Shown here: in pieces, positions 28,880-37,522 of the stretch | Numbering within the stretch: the first letter of the stretch is position 1 | How the letters are laid out: every line of letters starts with the position of its first letter | Source: a virus | Lineage: Duplodnaviria > Caudoviricetes | Reading direction: 5' to 3' (one strand) | Length of the DNA: 64,000 nucleotides | IMG/VR virus record: IMGVR_UViG_3300031801_001562 | Notes under the pieces: generated by a model | Seen by the model: only the letters and a program-made list of their open reading frames with translations | Databases searched by the model: none | Told to the model about the DNA's origin: nothing | Translations under genes and position numbers: made by a program

Positions 28880-29566
28880 TCAAGATACCTGTTCGGTTGC
28901 TATCCAATATTCAAGATTCCGTTCTGAATTTTTAAAATATCCAAGACCTTTATTTGATATTTTCACATCATAAGAACCTCTCATGAGTTTAAGATTTTCT
29001 ATCTTAAAAATCATTTTAAAATTAGAAGTTGAATTCCCTAATTCAACTGCATAACTATCGATAGATGTTTTAGCATCAATTGCTTGTATTTTAAGTTTTC
29101 CATCATTTGCTACAACTGCAATTTCTGGAAGACTCATTACTGCAGCTGCTCTCATTATAGACATAAAATATTTTTCTTCTAATTTAAAAACAGCTTCTTC
29201 AGATGGTAAATTTATATCCTTTGCTAAGATCTTTCTCTCATTTTCAAATAAACTCATATTTGCAAATTGATATTCAGCTACGGAATCCCCTGCGACGAAA
29301 TTATTAGCATCAACACTTGATTGTATTTTTATAGATTTTTCACTGAAATCAAATTGAGGCTCTGCAAATAATGAAAGAACTCCTAAAAATTTATTCAAAT
29401 CATATATAGCAAAATCCTGAGGAAAGCTTTGACCAAGCTTAGCCTTTGCTAAAACGTTTGTTTGTTCACTTACTGTTTTAATTACATCGCCGGTCTCAAT
29501 AACCAAACTTTGATTGATTTCTGCAAAGTTTTTTAATGTTTCAACAGTCTCATTATTAATTATCAT
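28880..29566 (-). CDS. 45: Sliding clamp (gp45-like)
   Basis: TLKNFAEINQSL, FAIYDLNKFL, YWIATE; synteny with gp44. Confidence 0.93.
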   Translation of the reverse strand: MIINNETVETLKNFAEINQSLVIETGDVIKTVSEQTNVLAKAKLGQSFPQDFAIYDLNKFLGVLSLFAEPQFDFSEKSIKIQSSVDANNFVAGDSVAEYQFANMSLFENERKILAKDINLPSEEAVFKLEEKYFMSIMRAAAVMSLPEIAVVANDGKLKIQAIDAKTSIDSYAVELGNSTSNFKMIFKIENLKLMRGSYDVKISNKGLGYFKNSERNLEYWIATEQVS

Positions 29567-29574
29567 TATATTTC

Positions 29575-30606
29575 CTATAGGTGATTAGGGCTCTCAGCAT
29601 GAGAGGAATTGACCTTCTTTTTGGTTTCCTTTCGTTTTTCTTTAGCAAGAGCTCTTCTGTCTTTTCTACTCATTCCTTTTGATGCTAACTTCTTTTTTCG
29701 ATCTTCAAGAAAAGGTCGGGTTTCAGTATCATATCCATGGGCAGCGTATTCTAAAGCTCCCATATCAGGAAGATTTCCATTAAACACATATGTTCCAATA
29801 TGTTGTAATTTCATCCATGGACATAGAAAAGTTTTAATATCTATCTTCTGACACAGTTGACAAAACATATAATCTTCAGAAAGATAACGATCAGACCCTT
29901 CAGATTTTCCTTTGCCCATCCATTGATCATTGTCAATAATGGTATCAAAAAATGCATGAATATATCTGGAACCATCGAAATGGTCTGATCGATTATGATC
30001 GGGTTTATATCGAAATTTAGGATAAGCTTTTTCAAACTTTTCAAATACATTTCTCTGTATCATCATAAACCCTGTTCCTATTTCTAATGCTTCAACTGGC
30101 TCAGATAAAGATATTGTTTGAGTTCCACCAGTTGGATTGAAAACAAAATCTCCTGTAAACTTCTCAAGAAGCATAGGATTATCATCAGCTAAACCTTTAT
30201 CAACAGCATTACGAACTTTTTCCCAAGCAATACACTTCTTGGGATATATTCCTCCAACAATTGGTTTTGTATCATCACATAGAGCAGCTAATGTTAAAAC
30301 ATAATTTGGATCGAAACAAATATCGCTATCAATGAACATGAGATGAGTATAATCTGATCTCAAAAATTCATCAACACAATAATTTCGAGCTCTGGTGATT
30401 AATGATTCGTTAAATAAATAAAAGTATTTAAGATCTATTTGATATTTTGTGGCGGTTGTTGCCAAATCACAACACGCCTTTGTATACATTCCGCTACACA
30501 TGCCAGCATACATTGGAGTTGCAACAAATATTTTTTTCTTTCGTAAATCTGCTATAGGTACTTCAATTTGCATTATTTCCTTTTTTTCATCATTAACAAA
30601 AAACAA
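29575..30606 (-). CDS. GT-A fold glycosyltransferase-like protein
   Basis: IFVATPMY, ESLITRARN, LMFIDSD (DxD), LSEDYMFC. Confidence 0.7.
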   Translation of the reverse strand: MFFVNDEKKEIMQIEVPIADLRKKKIFVATPMYAGMCSGMYTKACCDLATTATKYQIDLKYFYLFNESLITRARNYCVDEFLRSDYTHLMFIDSDICFDPNYVLTLAALCDDTKPIVGGIYPKKCIAWEKVRNAVDKGLADDNPMLLEKFTGDFVFNPTGGTQTISLSEPVEALEIGTGFMMIQRNVFEKFEKAYPKFRYKPDHNRSDHFDGSRYIHAFFDTIIDNDQWMGKGKSEGSDRYLSEDYMFCQLCQKIDIKTFLCPWMKLQHIGTYVFNGNLPDMGALEYAAHGYDTETRPFLEDRKKKLASKGMSRKDRRALAKEKRKETKKKVNSSHAESPNHL

Positions 30607-30632
30607 ACAAACATTATCAACTATTTAATATA

Positions 30633-30661
30633 ATTATAGCTGATAATGTTAATAATGTCAA
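30633..30661 (-). promoter_or_regulatory. sigma70-type promoter for the GT-gp45-gp44-gp62-regA-dut operon
   Basis: TTGACA-17 nt-TATAAT. Confidence 0.8.
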
Positions 30662-30677
30662 GGATTAAATATTTTTT

Positions 30678-31871
30678 TTAATATTTCGCTGACTCTTCAT
30701 CCAGCATTCTATGAGCTTCTTCTGCTTCGGTTTCTGTGCCAGGCTCATCAGGAACTGCATTAGGATCTACTTTAGTCCAGAGATCCATAAATCCTGTTTT
30801 GGTATCTTCATCGAACCGGTTGATCGAAAATTCGATCGCTTTTTCTTTATTCTGGAATATCATATAAGAAGTAACAATGTTTATCAAACGACGAGTGGAA
30901 ATAATTTCATCGATTCCCCCATCAGCAAAGGTCCGGCGGATAACATCTGTCCATTGACAAAGGTGATTAACAAAGTCTGAATCTTCAACACCATGATTTT
31001 TAAGAACTCTAGAAACAATTTTCTTTTCAATGGCGGTGGGAGGATAATCTTGTTCGAATGTAATTGGAAAACGATCAAGGAATGCTTCATTAAGAATGTT
31101 GGCTCCGATAAACCGGCCATCATCATTACCTTTACCTTTTGTATTGGCAGTTGCGACAATGTTGAATCCGGCTTCAGGCTTTACAAGACGATTAATCTTT
31201 TTCAAGAAAATGCTTCCGCCTTCAAGTACAGGTTGGAGACACATAATCTTATTAGATGCAAGATCAATTTCATCAAGAAGAAGCAGTGCGCCTCTTTCCA
31301 TCGCAACGATAACTGGTCCATCTTCCCAAATGGTCTCTCCATCTTTTAAAATATAGTGACCGAGAAGATCATCTTCATCTGTTTCGATTGTAATATTGAC
31401 ACGAATTAATTCGCGTTTTGTGCTAGCCGCAGCTTCAAAAACTTCTTTGGTTTTACCCATTCCGGACAAGCCGGTAATAAAGGAAGGCACAAACATTCCA
31501 GATTTAAATATCTGAACAAGTTCTTTGTAATATCCTGCTCTAATATAATTGGGATCTTTTTCTGGAACGAAAGAGATGCTTTCATCTACTTTCTTGATTG
31601 TGGTATCGTGCTGGACGATCTTCACATCTTTAAGTGCTTTTGGTTTGCGGTATTTATCACCCCATTTTCCCATGCTGGGCAGCGTCATGTTTTTTCCATA
31701 ATTCGCAATTGAAAACTGATTTCGACCTATTCGAAGTTTTCCTAGGAAATTCTGATTCGGCCATGGATTGCCGCTTTCATCTGCTACTTCATTTACCTGG
31801 GAACGATCTAGGATCGTTTGCACACCGTGCTTAGTTTTCCAGGTTTCAACTATTTGTTCTTTATTCATCAT
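30678..31871 (-). CDS. MoxR/CbbQ-NirQ-NorQ (CobS-like) AAA+ ATPase
   Basis: GLSGMGKT Walker A, LLLDEID Walker B, ATANTKG, AFLDRF. Confidence 0.88.
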   Translation of the reverse strand: MMNKEQIVETWKTKHGVQTILDRSQVNEVADESGNPWPNQNFLGKLRIGRNQFSIANYGKNMTLPSMGKWGDKYRKPKALKDVKIVQHDTTIKKVDESISFVPEKDPNYIRAGYYKELVQIFKSGMFVPSFITGLSGMGKTKEVFEAAASTKRELIRVNITIETDEDDLLGHYILKDGETIWEDGPVIVAMERGALLLLDEIDLASNKIMCLQPVLEGGSIFLKKINRLVKPEAGFNIVATANTKGKGNDDGRFIGANILNEAFLDRFPITFEQDYPPTAIEKKIVSRVLKNHGVEDSDFVNHLCQWTDVIRRTFADGGIDEIISTRRLINIVTSYMIFQNKEKAIEFSINRFDEDTKTGFMDLWTKVDPNAVPDEPGTETEAEEAHRMLDEESAKY

Positions 31872-31908
31872 ATAACCTCTCTCGCTATTTTTATTTTATT
31901 ATATATAT

Positions 31909-31937
31909 ATTATACACTATTTTTGACAACATGTCAA
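31909..31937 (-). promoter_or_regulatory. sigma70-type early promoter
   Basis: TTGACA-17 nt-TATAAT. Confidence 0.85.
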
Positions 31938-31949
31938 CCTTTTTGTTTA

Positions 31950-31992
31950 TCAATGATTACAACAAGTTCCTTATAACCTATTGATTTCATTA
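31950..31992. promoter_or_regulatory. Palindromic operator-like element, copy 1
   Basis: Inverted arms caatgattacaacaagtt / aacctattgatttcatt, ~12 nt upstream of the -35. Confidence 0.55.
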
Positions 31993-32007
31993 CAAAACAA
32001 ACTTGCA

Positions 32008-34524
32008 TTAAGCAACCATTTCCGCAAATCTTTGAAGCATTATCCTTTTTTCTAATTTTCCTTTCTGAAATTTTTTGAATGCCTTAGTCAAAGAAGCAGT
32101 TGAATTAACTTTATTAGAATCAATATTTATTTCATCCTCCATCATAACGGAGGTATGTTGTTTGATTACATAAAGTTCATCATATCCCTTATCATCTACA
32201 ATCATGTATCCGTTTCGATTGTATCCGGCTTTTACATCTTGCCATTTGCTCCATCCGACCATGCGACCTGCATCATCGGAGGAAGTTGTAAGGAAAAATC
32301 CTAAAACGTTTGAACCCGTCTTATATTTAAAATAATTTATAAAATTTTCTGTTTGGCGAAATCCATGACAGGCGGTCCAATCGAAAACTTTTTTTGTTTC
32401 TTTATCTACCAACCTGATGTGAGAATCTCGAGTATCGATTCGTTCTATAAAAAGTTCATCTCCACTGTCTTCTCTTGTCACGAAAGATTTATGAGATGAA
32501 TTAGATTCTCCGTCTGAAAGAATAATTGTGTTAACAATATCAAGATTATTTTCTCTTTGGAATCTTTTAACATTTGCTGAACTTATCATGATTGCATCAT
32601 TCAAAGGAGTTCCGCAAAGACGATGCAGCGGCCATTTAATATGACGACCTATTGAATTCCATTCCCAAGATGATCGACATTTATTTTCCGCACCCCAACT
32701 GTCATAAATTATAGAAGGGATTGTATCTTTCGGAAGTTTGGTATTTCGACCAGTAAATGCATTTCTATTAATTATTTTCTCTCTTCTTTCTTCTAACCAG
32801 TACGCGCCCATAAAATCTCTATCGCATCGAAGTATAGATAAAAGAAGATTTTCACGTTGATTCTTAAATTCTTTACTGGTCATTTTATTAGAAAATATTT
32901 CCATTAATTGAGTAGATTTATCTCCCATTGCCATATCGCCTAATCGTTCTTTATAAGGGGTCCCAAATTTTTCTTTTTCTTTTCCTTCTTCATCAAAACT
33001 ATAATCAACAAAAGCATATGCCTCATGAGCGATATTACATTTCCTGCAGAAATCTATTAATTGAAATAATTGATTCAAAGTTGGAATCATTTTATCACTC
33101 ATAGATCCTGACCAATCCATTAAAAAATAAAGTCCGTGACTCTTACCTTCAGGAACAATCGTGATTTTCTTAAAAATATTATCACAATATTTGTACTTAT
33201 GAATATCTGAAAGAGATATAGTACCTGTGTTTGCGGTCATCGACCTTTTATATTCAGCTGCTTTCTTTTTCATTTCAAATTCTTTAACAAGATAATTAAC
33301 AACTGGTTTATTTTCCTTGTCGATATATTTCAAATATTCGCGCGCATATCCAAATGCTAATGAATATTCCCTTTCCCACTCACTCTCTCCCTTATTTGCC
33401 CCTATCAAATAATCCCTGCGTTCATCTAGTGCTTCCTGAGTTCTTTTTAAAAGTTCTTTATAACTAATAATTAAATTTTCACTTTTTAAATCAATTGTTG
33501 GTGAATTATAATATTTCAACTCTAGTGCATCTTCATGAACTAGTTCTTCCTCATGTTCACGAAAATTCTGATCGGTTAAGGATTTCGGTTCATGTTTCCA
33601 TTTCCATGGATCATCTTCATACCACTTATCATATCCTCCTACTCTCTCTCCTCCCAGCTTTTTTCCTTCTTCCTCTTTTTCTTCATCTGCTTCAGACTGA
33701 GAAGATTCTTGATCTCCATTATCTTCTTCTTTTTGATCTTCTTCTTGATCTCCATCAGTTCCTTCATTATCGCATTTATCTGCCGGCTTGTCACAATCAT
33801 CTTTTTCTGTTTCCTCTTTAGACTGATCCTGAATATCTGTTTCATTAAAATCATAATCAAAATCATTTTCCTCATCACTATCTTCTTCTTCCTCTTCATC
33901 TTCTTGATAATATTGATCCATAAAAGAATCATCCTGACAAGTTTGCTGTTCTTGTTCGTTTTCTTTAGCATAATCCCAAAGTTCCTCGGTCAGTTGTTCA
34001 ACATCTCCCCAAGTCTCAAGTTCTGCCATCTTATCAACAAATGGTTTCTCTGCTTCGGTGAATTGAACATTCTCTAAAGGTCCACCCTTAAAATGAATAT
34101 TAAGTTTATCAATTAATGAACCAGAATTGATATCAATATTATATTGCTTGAGGCCGAAAAAATCTCTATCATGCACTAAGATTTTATATCCCTTGCTCAT
34201 CGCCTTTCCGGCACCTGCGAACTTTCTTTTGATTAATTTTTCGATCCTGGCATCTTCCACAACGTTCAAAAAGCCCTTATAATTCGGTCCTTTTGTTTCA
34301 ATAACCTTGTGCCAACCATGAGCTGGAGTATTTAAAGCGTGTCCGACTTCATGACAAACAAATAAGTCATAAACCTCACCTTCCATCTCTTTGAGAATCG
34401 GTAAAATTAATGTTCTGCCTTTCGGATCGAATCCGGCGGTTGGAACTTTAGCGTGGCGAACAGTAATATTTTCTGTTGCCATGAGTTTTGCTAAAATGCT
34501 TTTTTGTTCTAATAATTCATCCAT
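32008..34524 (-). CDS. vWA-domain protein with N-terminal HExxH domain (MoxR partner, CobT-like)
   Basis: CHEVGH, NVVEDARIE, long acidic linker, MIDAS LMDWSGSM, GTPL, ILSDGES. Confidence 0.8.
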   Translation of the reverse strand: MDELLEQKSILAKLMATENITVRHAKVPTAGFDPKGRTLILPILKEMEGEVYDLFVCHEVGHALNTPAHGWHKVIETKGPNYKGFLNVVEDARIEKLIKRKFAGAGKAMSKGYKILVHDRDFFGLKQYNIDINSGSLIDKLNIHFKGGPLENVQFTEAEKPFVDKMAELETWGDVEQLTEELWDYAKENEQEQQTCQDDSFMDQYYQEDEEEEEDSDEENDFDYDFNETDIQDQSKEETEKDDCDKPADKCDNEGTDGDQEEDQKEEDNGDQESSQSEADEEKEEEGKKLGGERVGGYDKWYEDDPWKWKHEPKSLTDQNFREHEEELVHEDALELKYYNSPTIDLKSENLIISYKELLKRTQEALDERRDYLIGANKGESEWEREYSLAFGYAREYLKYIDKENKPVVNYLVKEFEMKKKAAEYKRSMTANTGTISLSDIHKYKYCDNIFKKITIVPEGKSHGLYFLMDWSGSMSDKMIPTLNQLFQLIDFCRKCNIAHEAYAFVDYSFDEEGKEKEKFGTPYKERLGDMAMGDKSTQLMEIFSNKMTSKEFKNQRENLLLSILRCDRDFMGAYWLEERREKIINRNAFTGRNTKLPKDTIPSIIYDSWGAENKCRSSWEWNSIGRHIKWPLHRLCGTPLNDAIMISSANVKRFQRENNLDIVNTIILSDGESNSSHKSFVTREDSGDELFIERIDTRDSHIRLVDKETKKVFDWTACHGFRQTENFINYFKYKTGSNVLGFFLTTSSDDAGRMVGWSKWQDVKAGYNRNGYMIVDDKGYDELYVIKQHTSVMMEDEINIDSNKVNSTASLTKAFKKFQKGKLEKRIMLQRFAEMVA

Positions 34525-34778
34525 GCTTTCTCCATTTTGGTAAGTGCTCTAACTACTCCATTGTCTGTAATATGTTCGCTCTCCGGAAGGCAACTTTTGA
34601 CCTGATACTGATCTCTGAAAATACTCATTTTACTGTACGCATCTTCAAAGCTAGTCGCGGTAAGATATAGAGGTGATACATATTCCATGGTATCCCAAGT
34701 CCGCATCCAAATCTGATATTTCTGGGGTTTCATAATTTCTCTCTCGTTTGTGTTTGTGTTTGCCGCCATCCCACCCAA
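34509..34778 (-). CDS. Hypothetical early protein
   Basis: First ORF after an early promoter; true start is probably MKPQKY. Confidence 0.5.
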   Translation of the reverse strand: MGGMAANTNTNEREIMKPQKYQIWMRTWDTMEYVSPLYLTATSFEDAYSKMSIFRDQYQVKSCLPESEHITDNGVVRALTKMEKAWMNY

Positions 34779-34826
34779 CTCTTCGCTTCGGCGGTTGTCG
34801 CCGGTATTTTTTTATTCTTTATATAT

Positions 34827-34855
34827 ATTATAACATATCTAGCTCAACATGTCAA
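34827..34855 (-). promoter_or_regulatory. sigma70-type early promoter
   Basis: TTGACA-17 nt-TATAAT; the block is identical to 51667-51695. Confidence 0.85.
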
Positions 34856-34870
34856 CATATTTGATTTCTT

Positions 34871-34911
34871 GTAATATCAACTGGTTACCTGTATCTCATT
34901 AAAATCATTGA
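34871..34911. promoter_or_regulatory. Palindromic operator-like element, copy 2 (between divergent promoters)
   Basis: Arms gtaatatcaactggttac / gtatctcattaaaatcattga. Confidence 0.55.
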
Positions 34912-34922
34912 AAATCTTTTTT

Positions 34923-34930
34923 GATAAATA
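34923..34930 (+). promoter_or_regulatory. Late promoter variant (GATAAATA) for the AsnRS-like/tRNA-like unit
   Basis: One mismatch to TATAAATA; the same variant precedes 22342-22563. Confidence 0.5.
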
Positions 34931-34977
34931 TTAGAATTGGAGAGAATATTTAATGAATTTTTTTGGAAAGGAACAAC

Positions 34978-35811
34978 TTGACCAGTTTAATTATGCCTAC
35001 AGATTTTGATAATGCCGTTACCAGTCTTCGTAAATTTTTTCATTCCCGTGGTTTTCTCGAAGTACACACCCAAAACAGATTATCCATATTAGCCGCTTGC
35101 GAAGATCCCACAACTGTCGCAACATATAATTATAATGACATCATATGGCCTTTGCCTCAAACAGGTCAAATGTGGTTAGAATATGAGCTATTAAATAATC
35201 CAGATTTAAGAGGTGTATTCTGTGTTTCAACATCTTATAGACAAGAGCAGAACCCCGTTGAAGGTAGACATGAAGTTATATTTCCCATGTTTGAATTTGA
35301 AGCACCTGGCGACTTTCAGGACTTGCTTAATATGGAAAGAGATTTAATTAAGCACTTAGGTTTCATAATTCCAGATAACAATTCATTTCCTGAAAAAACC
35401 TACGGTATGTGGTGCGAGGATTTTGATTGTGATGAATTAGATCATGACCACGAACAAATGATATCTGATTCCCATCCATCCGGAGTTGGATTTATAACTC
35501 AATTTCCTTATCATACTTCCCCCTTTTGGAATATGAAAAAAGAAGGTGATCTTGCTAACAAATGCGATGTAATTATGGGGGGCATGGAAACTATTGGTTC
35601 CGCTGAAAGGTCTGCTGATCCGAAAGAGATGGAAGACCAGTTTCATACAATTTCCGATGGAGAATATGCTGAATTATTATTTAAATTATTCGGTAAAGAA
35701 CGAGTAGAAAAAGAATTGAAAGAATTCTTAAGTCATAAATTTTTTCCAAGATATGGTGGTGGAATAGGTCTTACCAGACTTATAAGTGCCCTGAAGATTA
35801 ATAATGCGTGA
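34978..35811 (+). CDS. Class IIb aminoacyl-tRNA synthetase paralog, catalytic domain only (AsnRS/archaeal-type asparagine synthetase-like)
   Basis: Motif 1 FFHSRGFLEVHT, GQMWLE, motif 2 SYRQE...RH...FPMFEFE, ETIGSAERS, motif 3 GGGIGLTRL; no OB-fold anticodon-binding domain; TTG 34978 follows an AAGGA RBS. Confidence 0.85.
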   Translation: MTSLIMPTDFDNAVTSLRKFFHSRGFLEVHTQNRLSILAACEDPTTVATYNYNDIIWPLPQTGQMWLEYELLNNPDLRGVFCVSTSYRQEQNPVEGRHEVIFPMFEFEAPGDFQDLLNMERDLIKHLGFIIPDNNSFPEKTYGMWCEDFDCDELDHDHEQMISDSHPSGVGFITQFPYHTSPFWNMKKEGDLANKCDVIMGGMETIGSAERSADPKEMEDQFHTISDGEYAELLFKLFGKERVEKELKEFLSHKFFPRYGGGIGLTRLISALKINNA

Positions 35812-35814
35812 TAC

Positions 35815-35925
35815 TCTGGGGTGGCGAAATAGGGAAACGCGGCACGTTGTTTGCGTGTTATCTTTGGTTTGATCGATATAATCTAGATCAAAGATGTGTT
35901 GGTTCGAGTCCAACCCCCAGAGCCA
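35815..35925 (+). tRNA. Atypical tRNA-Asn(GUU)-like RNA, 111 nt, with a 39-nt variable arm
   Basis: Acceptor TCTGGGG/CCCCAGA+G+CCA; D arm GCG/CGC with GG; anticodon stem GCACG/CGTGT with loop TTGTTTG; T arm GTTGG-TTCGAGT-CCAAC. Confidence 0.85.
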
Positions 35926-35950
35926 TTAGTAAAGATATATTTATATCATT

Positions 35951-36388
35951 TTAAAACTTAGATATAAATTTCGCTATGGGTTGAATAAGTGGAAGAAGTG
36001 CAATTGCCATAAGAGTATTCACTCCTGTATGAATTATTGCAATCTGTTTAGTTATTCCTGTGGGCATCCCATCAGAAACCATTATTCCAGCCAACCAAAT
36101 AGTTCCAGTAGTTCCTATATTTGCGCCAAGTACAGCTGCGATTGCAGATGGTAAAGGTAAGGCACCAGATGCAACTAATCCTATAATTGCAGTAGTAGAA
36201 AGTGAACTAGATTGCCAGAGAAGGGTACATCCAATTGCTCCGAAAAACATATAATAAGGATTTCCTAAAAACCATTCAAGATGTTCTAAATGACTCATTG
36301 ATTTCATTCCACCCGAGAACATCTTTAAGCCAATGTAAAAAATTACCAAACCTAAAAGGGTCTGAAATACTGGGTTATTAAATTCCAT
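35951..36388 (-). CDS. Na+/Pi-cotransporter family protein (single repeat)
   Basis: LLWQSSSLST (QSSS motif) and LGANIGTT; start placed at MEFNNP. Confidence 0.85.
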   Translation of the reverse strand: MEFNNPVFQTLLGLVIFYIGLKMFSGGMKSMSHLEHLEWFLGNPYYMFFGAIGCTLLWQSSSLSTTAIIGLVASGALPLPSAIAAVLGANIGTTGTIWLAGIMVSDGMPTGITKQIAIIHTGVNTLMAIALLPLIQPIAKFISKF

Positions 36389-36416
36389 AAATCCTCCTTT
36401 TTTATATTTCCACGAA

Positions 36417-36614
36417 TCATAAAGTTTTCTGTCTTTCTTTTTCATACCTTTCCATCCATTCAATATTTTGTTGTGCATTCTTATTCTGCATATCCTTGAT
36501 TATCTTGTCACGTTGATCATCAAAGTACTTTCCAAAAGATGTTTTTTTCTTTTTGAACGTTGCATCTAATTCTTTCATACATTCTTCGTAAATAAAATTA
36601 TCTTTTACTCCCAT
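36417..36614 (-). CDS. Hypothetical protein
   Basis: 65-aa coupled ORF. Confidence 0.45.
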   Translation of the reverse strand: MGVKDNFIYEECMKELDATFKKKKTSFGKYFDDQRDKIIKDMQNKNAQQNIEWMERYEKERQKTL

Positions 36615-37522
36615 TTGTTTTCTCCTAAAGCTTCCTTCAATTCTTTGTTTCCTAAAATATATTCAAATAAAACTTCTCGCTGAGCATCTTCTCCCAAATG
36701 CCCTTTATATTTTTTATACTCATGATACACTAATCTTTTTGCTTCTAGGGAAGTCACATTAAGAGTTGATGTCCAATGTTCTACTAACCAATCATATATT
36801 GTTTTGGGCCAGTCAACTTTATCCCTAAGATTTTTTCCAGTTAAAAACTCGGACATAAAAAGAGGAACTTTATCTTTTATTTCTACTACAGATTGATCAC
36901 TACTACTAGGACCATAACTTAAAGTTGGAACCCACAACATAGAATAAAAATGTTTAAATAATTTTTTATATATTTCATTACAATTATAAAAAGTCTCCGC
37001 CATTTCATTAAAATATTCATTATCGATGAATATATCTAATAAGACTTGGGGCAATTCATATGCATTAAGTTCTATATCTAATTCTTTTATTCGATTCCTA
37101 GCATCCCAATGTCCACCTACCATAACGCATTTGCGTTCAACTACATAATTCTTTATGGAAAGAGATCTTATTTTTTGTTGTTGTAAAATAAAATTATCTC
37201 TTCGCTGAGTATTATACCAGGAATCAAGTGTTCCATCAGACTTTTTTGAAACTCTATCCAATTGTGTTGGATATAATTGTCGCTGCGTTGTAAATTGGAG
37301 AAGCACAACATCAAAGTTTTCAATAAGACATGTTCTTAAAGCTGACTCCATATTATTTTGACCTCCTCCAGGAGAAGCAAATAAATGAACTTCGTGCTGA
37401 GGATATGCTTTAGCCAATTCTCTCGGCCAACCTCTCCAAGCGTTAAAACCACCGGACTTTTTTAAAAGTCCTCCTTCAGCTAATCCGGAACTATGACTAC
37501 AACCAATTATTCCAATTTTCAT
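36605..37522 (-). CDS. SGNH-like hypothetical protein
   Basis: N-terminal IGIIGCSHS resembles SGNH block I; C-terminal GH. Confidence 0.4.
   Translation of the reverse strand: MKIGIIGCSHSSGLAEGGLLKKSGGFNAWRGWPRELAKAYPQHEVHLFASPGGGQNNMESALRTCLIENFDVVLLQFTTQRQLYPTQLDRVSKKSDGTLDSWYNTQRRDNFILQQQKIRSLSIKNYVVERKCVMVGGHWDARNRIKELDIELNAYELPQVLLDIFIDNEYFNEMAETFYNCNEIYKKLFKHFYSMLWVPTLSYGPSSSDQSVVEIKDKVPLFMSEFLTGKNLRDKVDWPKTIYDWLVEHWTSTLNVTSLEAKRLVYHEYKKYKGHLGEDAQREVLFEYILGNKELKEALGENKWE

Noticed and set aside
31923-31937. TTGACA-ACA-TGTCAA as a divergent promoter pair
   Set aside because: No suitably spaced plus-strand -10 or gene; the symmetry occurs at only one of the promoter copies
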